A DNA stretch of 64,000 nucleotides. Origin: Candidatus Spongiisociaceae bacterium. Its GTDB lineage: Bacteria > Actinomycetota > Acidimicrobiia > Spongiisociales > Spongiisociaceae. Positions 55,502-64,000 of this stretch are shown one piece after another. The notes beneath the pieces were generated by a model. It was given only the letters and a program-made list of their open reading frames with translations, was not told where the DNA came from and made no database searches. Both the position numbers and the translations under genes were made by a program. Position 1 is the first letter of the stretch. Every line of letters begins with the position of its first letter. The stretch spans positions 768,001 to 832,000 of the forward strand of contig OZ241841.1 in assembly GCA_965202665.1 (NCBI GenBank), in the 5' to 3' direction.

Positions 55502-57198
55502 GAATCCCCGGCCGGGTCCGCCGGCTCCTCCGCCGCCGGGTCCCCTTCTCCCGCCTCCCCTTCCTGCGCAACTCCCTCGTCTGCCCCTCCCGCTTGGTCG
55601 ACGGCGGGCTGTTCCGCCTCCGGGGCCGGGTCTTCCTGCGGAACCGCATCCAGGGCCGCCCATTGGAAACGGCTGTAGGCGTTCCACAGCATCCATCCCA
55701 TGGAGCGGTTTTCGGCAGCGTCGATCTGGGCGCGCACCTGGGAGGCGTTGTAGTAGAAGTCCTGCAACCAGGGGCGGACGATGGCCGGGCCTTCCAAACG
55801 CGTCATGCCGTCGTCCAAGGCGGAGCCGACCACCGAGCCGGGATGGGAGTTGGGGTCGTCGTATCCGAACCACCCGCTTGAATAGTGGCTGGGATAGACC
55901 ATCGGCGACAGCACATCGGCGGTGGAGGACAGCCGGGTGAATTCCTGGCCGATGCCGCCGTCGTTGTTCACCGAGGTGATGAAGCCGAAAATATCGGCCG
56001 CCACCGCGCACCCCATCGGATGCAAAAGGTCGCCGGCTTTGTTCAGGAAAGAGTCGATGGCTTCCACCCGCACCTCCTCGGAGGAACCCCCGTCGAAGAC
56101 GGCGGTGGACGGATAGCCGTCCGGAAAGCGCACGTAGTCGAACTGGATTTCGTCGAACCCGGCTCCGCACACTTCAACGGCCAAGTCCAGGGCGTAGGCC
56201 CGGGCCTGCTCGTCGGTGGGGTCCAAAAAGTACTGGCCCCGCTTGTTGAACGGCCCGCCGGTGGCGGTGTTGAAAACGGCCAAATCGGGGGCGGCCTGGG
56301 CGGCGACCGGGTCTTGGAAGGTGACGATGCGGGCGATTTTGTACAAGTCGGCTTCGTCCATGTCGGCCGCCACCGTCTCCAAGTCGAAGCGGGGGGTGAC
56401 GGCCCCCACCTCGCGGGCCCGCTCCACCTGGCTGCTGTAATAAATGCGCCCGCTTTCGTTTTTCACGTCCACTACGAAGGAGTTGACCACGGTGGTGGCG
56501 GCCACGTCCAGCATCTCCGCCCAGCGTGCGGCGTCGCCGGGGATGTCGGCCGCAATGTGCAGGGCGCGGACTATGCGGGGCTGCATGACCAGTTCGGTGA
56601 CCAGTGACTCGCCGTCCCAGTCCAGTTGGGCGTCGTGCCAGCCGGGGCGGGAAGAAGTCAGCAACCCTTTGGTGGCCCCCGCCACTTCGAACCGGCCGTT
56701 TTCGTCGGTGCCCGCCTCCTGGTCGTTGAGGGTGACGGTCGCCCCTCCCAGCCCGTTGCCGGCGCGGTCCAGCACCGCCCCCCGCAACAGCACCGGCCGC
56801 AGTTTCAACTCATAGGGTTCCTCCCGGAACTCTTTGACCGCCAAGCCGCTGGGGAAAAAGCCGGGGGCTTTCACCTGCACCGAAATGTCCCTGCCCTCCC
56901 ATTCCACGCCGGCCCGGCCTTGTTCATCGGTGACCAGTTCCCCCCTGCCCGCTATTACCGCCGCCCCGGGGATGGGGTGCCCGGAATCGTTGGTGACCAG
57001 CACCGTCACCACCGGGACGGCCCGCGGGGGGGGCACCGGGGTTTCGCCGACCATCACCACCGACTGGGGGGCGCAGGCCGAGGCCGCCAAACAGAAGGCC
57101 AAGGCGCAGGCTAAACGGACGGGGAACGGGAAACGTTTCCCAGGGTGATCAACCCGCTCCCCGCCTTGACGGGCGGTCCGTTGCGCAACGATGGACAT
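55498..57198 (-). CDS. Lipoprotein with carboxypeptidase-regulatory-like domains and a DUF4015-type putative glycoside hydrolase
   Basis: AASAC lipobox; [35 protein letters not shown] and RPWLQDF motifs; start uncertain. Confidence 0.8.
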   Translation of the reverse strand: MSIVAQRTARQGGERVDHPGKRFPFPVRLACALAFCLAASACAPQSVVMVGETPVPPPRAVPVVTVLVTNDSGHPIPGAAVIAGRGELVTDEQGRAGVEWEGRDISVQVKAPGFFPSGLAVKEFREEPYELKLRPVLLRGAVLDRAGNGLGGATVTLNDQEAGTDENGRFEVAGATKGLLTSSRPGWHDAQLDWDGESLVTELVMQPRIVRALHIAADIPGDAARWAEMLDVAATTVVNSFVVDVKNESGRIYYSSQVERAREVGAVTPRFDLETVAADMDEADLYKIARIVTFQDPVAAQAAPDLAVFNTATGGPFNKRGQYFLDPTDEQARAYALDLAVEVCGAGFDEIQFDYVRFPDGYPSTAVFDGGSSEEVRVEAIDSFLNKAGDLLHPMGCAVAADIFGFITSVNNDGGIGQEFTRLSSTADVLSPMVYPSHYSSGWFGYDDPNSHPGSVVGSALDDGMTRLEGPAIVRPWLQDFYYNASQVRAQIDAAENRSMGWMLWNAYSRFQWAALDAVPQEDPAPEAEQPAVDQAGGADEGVAQEGEAGEGDPAAEEPADPAGDS

Positions 57199-57316
57199 TT
57201 GCGTCATTTTAGCCCAGAGCCGGGTTTTTGGCGCGCAACCGAATTTCCAGATTTTGCCAATTTTGCGATAGGTGATATTTTGCCGTAGCCATGGGACGGA
57301 GAGAGGGGCGCAGAGA

Positions 57317-58249
57317 GTGACAACACTGGCGCGGGAGGCATTGCCCACCACCGATACGGTAGGGCTTTACTTTGAAGAAGTATCGGCCCACGAACTGTTG
57401 ACCGCCAACGACGAAGTGGATCTGGCCCGCACCATGGAACAGGGCCTGCTGGCCCAAGAGAAACTGGACGCCGCCAAACAGCTGAGCAACACCCAGAAGA
57501 TACGGCTCCGCCGCCAGGTGACGGACGGCCGGGACGCCAAGGCGGTGTTCATCAAGTCCAACCTGCGGCTGGTGATCTCCATCGCCAAACGTTACAGCGG
57601 GCGGGGAATGGACCTGACCGACCTGATCCAGGAGGGCAACCTGGGGCTGATCCGGGCGGTGGAAAAATTCGACTGGCGGAAAGGGTTCAAGTTCTCCACC
57701 TACGCCACCTGGTGGATCCGCCAAGCCATCACCCGCGGACTGGGAAACCAGTCGCGCACCATCCGCCTGCCGGTGCATATGGCCGACATCGTGCGCACCG
57801 TCAACGAAACCTGGCACACCCTGGCCGACCAGCTGAGCCGTCATCCCACCCGGCAGGAGGTCGCCGAAGCCAGCGGGCTGGACATCGAACGGGTGAACGC
57901 CGCCATGGACTCGCCCACCAACACCATATCCCTGGACCGGCCGATGAACGACGACGGGGACGCCACCTTGGGGGACTTCGTGGAAGATCAGACGGCCACC
58001 GACCCGTTCGCCCACGCCGCACTGTCCCTGCGCCGGGGCTACATCGACCAGGCGCTGGAGGTGCTGGAACCGGAGGAGCGGCTGGTGATCATCCTCCGCT
58101 ACGGCCTAGACGGCAAAGACCCCCGCACTCTGTCCGACGTGGGGGCCAACTTCGACATAACCCGCGAACGGGTCCGCCAGATAGAAAACCGCGCCCTGGC
58201 CAAACTGCGCCACCCCAGCTGCCCCCACGACCTGGGCCACCTCCTCTAG
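57317..58249 (+). CDS. RpoD/SigA-family (group 2-like) sigma factor
   Basis: NLRLVISIAKRY, DLIQEGNLGL, KFSTYATWWIRQ and TRERVRQIE motifs; lacks region 1.1. Confidence 0.93.
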   Translation: MTTLAREALPTTDTVGLYFEEVSAHELLTANDEVDLARTMEQGLLAQEKLDAAKQLSNTQKIRLRRQVTDGRDAKAVFIKSNLRLVISIAKRYSGRGMDLTDLIQEGNLGLIRAVEKFDWRKGFKFSTYATWWIRQAITRGLGNQSRTIRLPVHMADIVRTVNETWHTLADQLSRHPTRQEVAEASGLDIERVNAAMDSPTNTISLDRPMNDDGDATLGDFVEDQTATDPFAHAALSLRRGYIDQALEVLEPEERLVIILRYGLDGKDPRTLSDVGANFDITRERVRQIENRALAKLRHPSCPHDLGHLL

Positions 58250-58947
58250 GGCTCTAGTCCGACCTGCCCGCGCCGCTGCCCGGGCAATTCCTTGATCCAA
58301 CGCGAGGCGAGGGCCACCGCCTCTTCCCGCACCTGTTGGGAGGTGCGACCGGCGCGGCGGGGGACGGCCAGGGAATGGTCGGCGTCGGGGATGATTTCCA
58401 CGGTCGCCTGCGGGAGGGGGCGCAGATGCCGGTCGGTCAAAAGGGGATGGGCCAGCGGATCGCGGGAGCCGGTTATGAAAAGCATGGGGACCGCCACTCG
58501 GGGCAGATGCTCCACCCGCAGTTTCTCCGGGCGCCCGGCCGGGTGGAGGGGATAGGAGAAGGCGACCACGCCCGCGCACGGCTCCCCCTCCGCCGCCAGA
58601 ATGGTGGACATCCGCCCTCCCATGGAACGGCCCGCCAGCGCCACCGTCTCAAACCGGCTGCGCAACCAGGAGGCGGCCGCCCGATGGCATTCCAAAAGCC
58701 GGGCCGGCCGGTCCGGGGGACGCCGGGTTCCCCGTTGCGCCCGCTCCTCCATGTAGGGGTAGTTGAAGGTGAGCACCGGGTGCCCCAGCCCGGCCAAGCC
58801 GTCCCGAATGCCGGCCAGCGCCGGGTGATCCTGTCCGGCCCCCGCCCCGTGCGCCAACAGCACCGCCGGTCCCCGGGCTTGACGGGGGCGGCGCCACCGG
58901 CCGGTCACCCCTCCCCCCTCCCATCTGATCGCCACCCGCCTGGCCAT
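58246..58947 (-). CDS. Alpha/beta hydrolase (KANL3/Tex30-like)
   Basis: LAHGAG, GRSMGGR and YPLHP motifs. Confidence 0.85.
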   Translation of the reverse strand: MARRVAIRWEGGGVTGRWRRPRQARGPAVLLAHGAGAGQDHPALAGIRDGLAGLGHPVLTFNYPYMEERAQRGTRRPPDRPARLLECHRAAASWLRSRFETVALAGRSMGGRMSTILAAEGEPCAGVVAFSYPLHPAGRPEKLRVEHLPRVAVPMLFITGSRDPLAHPLLTDRHLRPLPQATVEIIPDADHSLAVPRRAGRTSQQVREEAVALASRWIKELPGQRRGQVGLEP

Positions 58948-59036
58948 GGCGCCTCCTCTCCCGCCGGACGCCGGCCCCGAACGGCCGCGCGCGCCGCGCC
59001 CTTGGGCGACAGGTTAGGGAAGGTAAGGTTGGCTCG

Positions 59037-59759
59037 GTGAACATCCAACCGGAAGTGATCATTTTCCCCGATGCGGAGGCTTTGGCCGCGGGGGCGGCCC
59101 GGCGCATCGCCGACTTCATACGCAACCATCCCCGCCCCGGGGTGACCATCGCCTTGGCGGGCGGCTCCACCCCGGCCGGAGCTTACCGGCGGTTGCGGAA
59201 AATGGATGTCCCCTGGGAGCGGGTAACGGCCTGGGTGGGGGATGAGCGCAACGTCCCGCCCGGCCATCCCGACCATAACGGGAGCATGGCCGACCGGTTG
59301 CTCTTGGCCGGGACCGGGGCCGCCCTCCGCCAGATACCCTGGCATGAGGGGGAACCGGAGCGAATGGCCGCCGAATACCGGCGAATGTTGGGCGGGATCC
59401 TGCATATCAGGGACGGGAAGCCCTGCCCGGATCTGGCCCTGGCCGGGATCGGCGACGACGGCCACACCCTGTCCCTGTTTCCCGGCGGCGCCGGTTTGGA
59501 AATCAACGACCGGGATTACGCGGCGGTGTGGGTGGAGTCCAAGCAGGACTGGCGGCTGACCGCCACCTTCCCGCTGATGCACCGGGCGGAGCGGATAATG
59601 GTCCTGGTCTCGGGCGCGGGCAAAGCCGCCGCCTTGGCCGAGATTCTTTCCCCCGATGCAACCCCCGCCCTCCCCGCACGACAACTGATGGACGGGGCGG
59701 CCCCGGTCACCTGGCTGGCGGATGCAGCCGCCGCCTCCCTCTGGGAAGGGACCGGTTGA
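59037..59759 (+). CDS. pgl: 6-phosphogluconolactonase
   Basis: ALAGGSTP, GDERNVP and GDDGHTLSLFP motifs. Confidence 0.9.
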   Translation: MNIQPEVIIFPDAEALAAGAARRIADFIRNHPRPGVTIALAGGSTPAGAYRRLRKMDVPWERVTAWVGDERNVPPGHPDHNGSMADRLLLAGTGAALRQIPWHEGEPERMAAEYRRMLGGILHIRDGKPCPDLALAGIGDDGHTLSLFPGGAGLEINDRDYAAVWVESKQDWRLTATFPLMHRAERIMVLVSGAGKAAALAEILSPDATPALPARQLMDGAAPVTWLADAAAASLWEGTG

Positions 59760-60625
59760 GCGCCGCTTACCGCTGGAAGCCGGATCATCCCCTGGATCTG
59801 TCGTGGGCCATCCGGCGCCACGTCCGCTGGGGGGAGGATCCGACCAACGCGGTCCGCCGGGACCGCATTTACCGGACCACCGCCGGAGGCTCCCCCTACC
59901 GGGTCCGCCAACTGGACGACGGCCGGGTGGAGGTGGCCGCGGAGCGGGATTTGGAGGCGGCGGTGGCCGAAACCCGGTTTCGGATGGGAGAAACCCTGCC
60001 GCTGGAGCCGTTGCTGCGGGTGGCGGAACGGGTTCCGGCGGTGGCCGAACAGCGGGAGCGGCGTCCCGGATTCCGCCCGCCGCTCAACCCGGCGGTGACC
60101 GACAGCCTGGTTTCCTCCATCTGCGCTCAGCAGATCAACCTGGCCTGGGCGGCCGCCCTCCGCCGCCGGCTGGTGGAACGTTACGGGACGATGGTGGAAT
60201 GGGAGGGGGTGCGGATATGGCGCTTCCCCGACCCGGCGGTTTTGGGGGCGGCCGACCCGGATGAGTTGCGGGGCATGCAGTTTTCCGCCCGCAAGGCGGA
60301 GTACGTAATCGGGGCGGGACGGGCGGTAAGCGAAGGGGTTCTGGACGGGTTGTCGGCGGACGGCAACGAACGGGTAGCGGAGCGGATAACCGCCCTGCGC
60401 GGGATGGGGCGGTGGACCGCGGAATGGTTTTTGGCCCGGTGCCTGGCCCGGCCCGATGTCATCCCCGCCGGAGATCTGGGGGTGCGCAAGGCGGTGTCCC
60501 GGCTGGTGGCCGAAACCGACCGCCTTCTCACCGAGGAGGAAGTGCGGGCGGAGACCGCCGACTGGGGGGAGGGGGCCAACCTGGCCGCGCACTTGCTGTT
60601 GGAAGGCTTGGCCGATCCCGGATAG
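59756..60625 (+). CDS. AlkA-family HhH-GPD DNA glycosylase
   Basis: ICAQQI, LRGMGRWTAE and GDLGVR motifs. Confidence 0.85.
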   Translation: MSAAYRWKPDHPLDLSWAIRRHVRWGEDPTNAVRRDRIYRTTAGGSPYRVRQLDDGRVEVAAERDLEAAVAETRFRMGETLPLEPLLRVAERVPAVAEQRERRPGFRPPLNPAVTDSLVSSICAQQINLAWAAALRRRLVERYGTMVEWEGVRIWRFPDPAVLGAADPDELRGMQFSARKAEYVIGAGRAVSEGVLDGLSADGNERVAERITALRGMGRWTAEWFLARCLARPDVIPAGDLGVRKAVSRLVAETDRLLTEEEVRAETADWGEGANLAAHLLLEGLADPG

Positions 60626-60631
60626 AAGCCT

Positions 60632-61537
60632 TTACAGGGGACGGATGTCGCGGGGCGCGGCCCGGGGGCCGTAGGCGGGGGCGCGCCCCGCGTAACGTTC
60701 CAGAAGCCGCACCACCCGGCCCCGTTGCCCGGCGTAGGGGGCCAGCAGTTCCAGCATCCGTTCATCGGAGGCCCGGGCCTCCCCCGCCAAAGCCCAGGCC
60801 ACGGTGTTGGCTGCGTGAAAATCCCCCACCGGCACCGCGTCCGCATCGCCCCCAACCGCCTGCGCGGCGTTGGCCGAAGTCCACGGACCGATTCCGGGCA
60901 GGGAATGCAGCAACCGGCGCATTTCGTCCAAGCCGCCCCGGGCGGCCGCCTCCAGCCGGGGGGCGGCCCGGCAGGCCCGCAACACGGTCTCCGCCCGCCG
61001 GCGCTCCACCCCCAACGGGTGAAAGTCGTAATAGGCCAGTTGCGCCAGGCGGGAAGGGTCGGGCGGCAGGGGCAGGTTTCCGGGGCCGGGGGCGGGTTCC
61101 CCGTAGCGGGCGGTCAGCAGGCGGTAACTGCGGGAGGATTCAACGCCGGTCACCTTCTGGGCCAAGATGATCGAAACCAGAACCTCCGTCAGCCCGCCCA
61201 CCGCGCACATTCGCATCCCCCGCCCCAGCCGGGCGGCCCGCTTCAACTCCGGGTGCCGGGGAACCAGGGCGTCCGGGTCGTCGTTCTCCCCGATCCATTG
61301 GGGGACATGCTCCAAGGCCCATTCCGCCCCCTCCCCCCACGCCCCGGCGTCAAGTTCCCGGCCCGACAGCCGCATCCGCACCGCGGCCGGACCCTGCGGG
61401 GTGCGGGTGGCCCACCACAACCCGTCCGGGCGGACCCGCAGGCAGGGCCCCTTCACCCCGTCCACCGCCAAAGTGGCCCGCAAATCCAAAGGCCGTACCA
61501 GCCTTATCACCCGCCGGCCGGCCGGTTCATCGGCCAT
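60632..61537 (-). CDS. Second AlkA-like HhH-GPD glycosylase
   Basis: ILAQKVTG, LPGIGPWT and DAVPVGDFH motifs. Confidence 0.85.
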   Translation of the reverse strand: MADEPAGRRVIRLVRPLDLRATLAVDGVKGPCLRVRPDGLWWATRTPQGPAAVRMRLSGRELDAGAWGEGAEWALEHVPQWIGENDDPDALVPRHPELKRAARLGRGMRMCAVGGLTEVLVSIILAQKVTGVESSRSYRLLTARYGEPAPGPGNLPLPPDPSRLAQLAYYDFHPLGVERRRAETVLRACRAAPRLEAAARGGLDEMRRLLHSLPGIGPWTSANAAQAVGGDADAVPVGDFHAANTVAWALAGEARASDERMLELLAPYAGQRGRVVRLLERYAGRAPAYGPRAAPRDIRPL

Positions 61538-61606
61538 CCCGGAATCCTCCCGGAGAATCCGCAAAGGAGGGGAGCGGGACAAGGCCGGCCGCGCCCGCCC
61601 GCATAT

Positions 61607-63166
61607 CTATCCCGTCCCGCCTTCCCCGCCCCCTTCGTCCTTCTCGCCGGGCCGGGGGGTTTTGAGCAGGGACGGCAAGCCGGGTTTGCGGATTTTGCCG
61701 GCGGGGGTGCGGGGAAACTCATCTACGAAGACCACGTAGCGGGGCCGGGCGCGGCGCTCCAGGCTCCCCGCTACCAGGTCTTTCACCTCCTGTTCCCCGA
61801 CTTCCGCCCCGGGGCGCAGTTTGACGGCCGCGGCCGGGGTTTCCCCCCACTCCTCATCCTCCACCCCGAACACCGCCGCCTCCTCCACTCCCGGATGGGC
61901 GGCTATCGCCCGCTCCACCTGCGCCGGATACACGTTTGCCCCGCCGGAAATGATCACCTCCCGGCTGCGGCCGACGATGGTCAGAAAACCCTCTTCGTCC
62001 TCCGTAGCCAAGTCGCCGGTGAGCAGCCACCCGTCCCGGAAAGCGGCCGCCGTTTCCTGCGGGTTTCCCCAGTAACCGGACATCACCTTGCGGCTGCGCA
62101 CCGTGATTTCCCCCACCTCCCCCGGTTCGGAGGCCGTCCCGTCCGGCCGGCGCACCACCGCCTCCACCCCGGGAATGGGCCGCCCCACCGAACCCAGGCG
62201 GGGGTCGTCCGGCCCGGTCAAATTCCGATGGTCGGCGGCGGTGAGGGCGGTCACCACCGTGCACGCCTCGGTCAGCCCGTAGCCGTGGTACAACCCGCAC
62301 GAGGCCTCCTCCCGCATCCGCCGCAGCAGGGAACGGGCGCTGGGGGCGGCCCCGTACACCAGCAGCCGCAAAGACGCCAAGCGTTCCGGGGCGTAGGAGG
62401 GGTGGTCCAAAATGCGGCTGATCTGGGTGGGGACGGCGATGGTACTGGCCACCCGGCCCCCCTCCACCGCCTCCAGCCAATCGGGAACGGTGAAACGGGG
62501 CAGAACCAGATGGGTGTGGCCGCCCAGCGCCATCGTGAACACCCGCAAACCGGCCGAGGCGTGATACAAGGGAGTGGAAGTCAGGTAAACCTCATGCTCC
62601 CCGAACTCTTGGGAGAGGGCCGCTAGGGCGGCGTTGCGGGCGATGGCGTCTTGGCTGAGGCACACCCCTTTGGGATGGCCGGTGGTGCCGCTGGTGTAGA
62701 TGATGAGGGCCGTGTCGGACGGATCCGGTTCGGGCAGCGGAGCGGTGGGCGCGGTCAGGGCCCGCCGGTATTCGGAATCCCCCTCCGCCGCCGTCTCCAC
62801 CCCGGCCGCGGCCAGGGCCTCCGCCCCCGGCTCATCGGCGAACCCCAGGGCGGGGCGGCAATCCCCCACTAGTTGTTCCACTGCGGAGGCGGACAGGCCG
62901 GAGCCCACCGGGACGGCGGCCGCCCCCAGCCGGGAGGCGGCCAGATAGGCGTAAAAGTGGAGCAGGCCGTTGTCGGCCCGCACCATGATCCTGTCCCCCC
63001 GGCCCGCGCCCCGCCCGGCCATCCAGCAGGCCAGGCTTTCCACCCGTTCCGCCAACCGCCGATAGGAGACCGACTCCCCCCCGATTATCCGCACCGCGGT
63101 GCGCTCCGGGAAGCGGGCGGCCGCCTGGCGCAACAGGGCGGGAAGGGCGACGGCGGGCGGGTTCAT
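61607..63166 (-). CDS. Class I adenylate-forming enzyme (acyl-CoA ligase)
   Basis: YTSGTTGHPKG, YGLTE, TGD and GGANVYP motifs. Confidence 0.92.
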   Translation of the reverse strand: MNPPAVALPALLRQAAARFPERTAVRIIGGESVSYRRLAERVESLACWMAGRGAGRGDRIMVRADNGLLHFYAYLAASRLGAAAVPVGSGLSASAVEQLVGDCRPALGFADEPGAEALAAAGVETAAEGDSEYRRALTAPTAPLPEPDPSDTALIIYTSGTTGHPKGVCLSQDAIARNAALAALSQEFGEHEVYLTSTPLYHASAGLRVFTMALGGHTHLVLPRFTVPDWLEAVEGGRVASTIAVPTQISRILDHPSYAPERLASLRLLVYGAAPSARSLLRRMREEASCGLYHGYGLTEACTVVTALTAADHRNLTGPDDPRLGSVGRPIPGVEAVVRRPDGTASEPGEVGEITVRSRKVMSGYWGNPQETAAAFRDGWLLTGDLATEDEEGFLTIVGRSREVIISGGANVYPAQVERAIAAHPGVEEAAVFGVEDEEWGETPAAAVKLRPGAEVGEQEVKDLVAGSLERRARPRYVVFVDEFPRTPAGKIRKPGLPSLLKTPRPGEKDEGGGEGGTG

Positions 63167-63176
63167 CCGCCCCAGG

Positions 63177-64000
63177 TTACGACGCCGGATAGAGGGCCAC
63201 CGGCATGCGGGCCGGGGCCCGCAACACGTAACCCTCGTCCTCCGGCGGTCCGTCGGTGAACTCGGCCCGCTCGAACCGGTCCAGCAAGGCCCCCATCACC
63301 ACCTCCATTTCCATTTGGGCCAGAAGCGACCCGGTGCAGTGGTGGACGCCCGCCCCGAAAGGGAGGATGTCCGAGCGGGGCGTGAACTGCCGGAAGGCGT
63401 CGTCTTGGAAGCGGTCCAGCAGAAAACGGTCCGGTTCGGGGAAAATATTCCCGTCCCGGTTGGCCGACCCGACCAACGCGAACATCTTCTCCCCCGGCGC
63501 CAACTCCCGGCCGGCCATTTCCACCGGGGCGGTGACTTGGCGCACCAAGCCGTGGGCGGGGGCGTTGAAACGCAAGGTTTCGGCGCAGGCCGGAACCACC
63601 AGTTCCCGCTCCGCCCGCAACCTCCCCCACAGGTTCCCGGTCAGCAGGGACTTCTGCAGGTTGGAGAGGGCCCGGGAGGTGGTTTCCACCCCGGCCGCCA
63701 ACAGCAAGGAGCAGGCGGAGGCGATGGCCTGGTCGGCGAGGGGCTCCCCCTCGTATTCGGCGGCGCACATTTCGGACAGCAGATCGTCCTCCGGCTGGGA
63801 ACGTTTCCGGCGCAGGACGGGGGCCAGCCACTCCCCCAGGGCCCGGCGGGCCTCCGCCCCCCGCTTTTCCACCTGCGGATCGTTTTTGATGTTGGAGACG
63901 CTGGCCTGGGCGATGGCGTCGTACCAGGGGCGGAAGGCGGCCACCTCCGGGATGCCCATAAAAGTGGCGGTCATCACCATCGGCATTTCCGTGTTGAGGG
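63177..64000 (-). CDS. Cytochrome P450 (5' end outside window)
   Basis: AGVETT, ETLR and FGAGVHHCTG heme motif; frame is open to the window edge. Confidence 0.93.
   Translation of the reverse strand, partial: LNTEMPMVMTATFMGIPEVAAFRPWYDAIAQASVSNIKNDPQVEKRGAEARRALGEWLAPVLRRKRSQPEDDLLSEMCAAEYEGEPLADQAIASACSLLLAAGVETTSRALSNLQKSLLTGNLWGRLRAERELVVPACAETLRFNAPAHGLVRQVTAPVEMAGRELAPGEKMFALVGSANRDGNIFPEPDRFLLDRFQDDAFRQFTPRSDILPFGAGVHHCTGSLLAQMEMEVVMGALLDRFERAEFTDGPPEDEGYVLRAPARMPVALYPAS

Overview
High-GC bacterial DNA, probably Actinomycetota/Acidimicrobiia (inferred from gene content and order). The core backbone has glcDEF, dapCDE, ligA, iscS-mnmA, meaB, an ICM-type B12 mutase, rpiB, a split suf cluster with two sufC and no sufB, fumC, a family-5 UDG, a sigma-70 factor, pgl, two AlkA-like glycosylases, an acyl-CoA ligase and a partial P450. 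Four accessory zones stand out. (1) A >4035-aa secreted Calx-beta-like repeat adhesin (12105 to beyond base 1, minus strand) is missing from the ORF track. Its promoter, TTGACA-N16-TAGGGT, has a G11 tract in the spacer (candidate phase variation), and its synonymous G/C skew flips in blocks. (2) An IS481 element is followed by a 1.6-kb CpG-depleted, CAG/CTG-rich island of orphan genes bounded by a 9-bp direct repeat, then a mosaic PD-(D/E)XK-DUF4268 gene. (3) A tandemly amplified, diversifying PemK/MazF toxin array is paired with an unrecognised 176-aa partner. (4) A duplicated beta-propeller gene pair encloses four small, mostly translationally coupled membrane ORFs. I saw no rRNA, tRNA or CRISPR array. 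All family calls are from motif recognition by eye, and counts are hand estimates.
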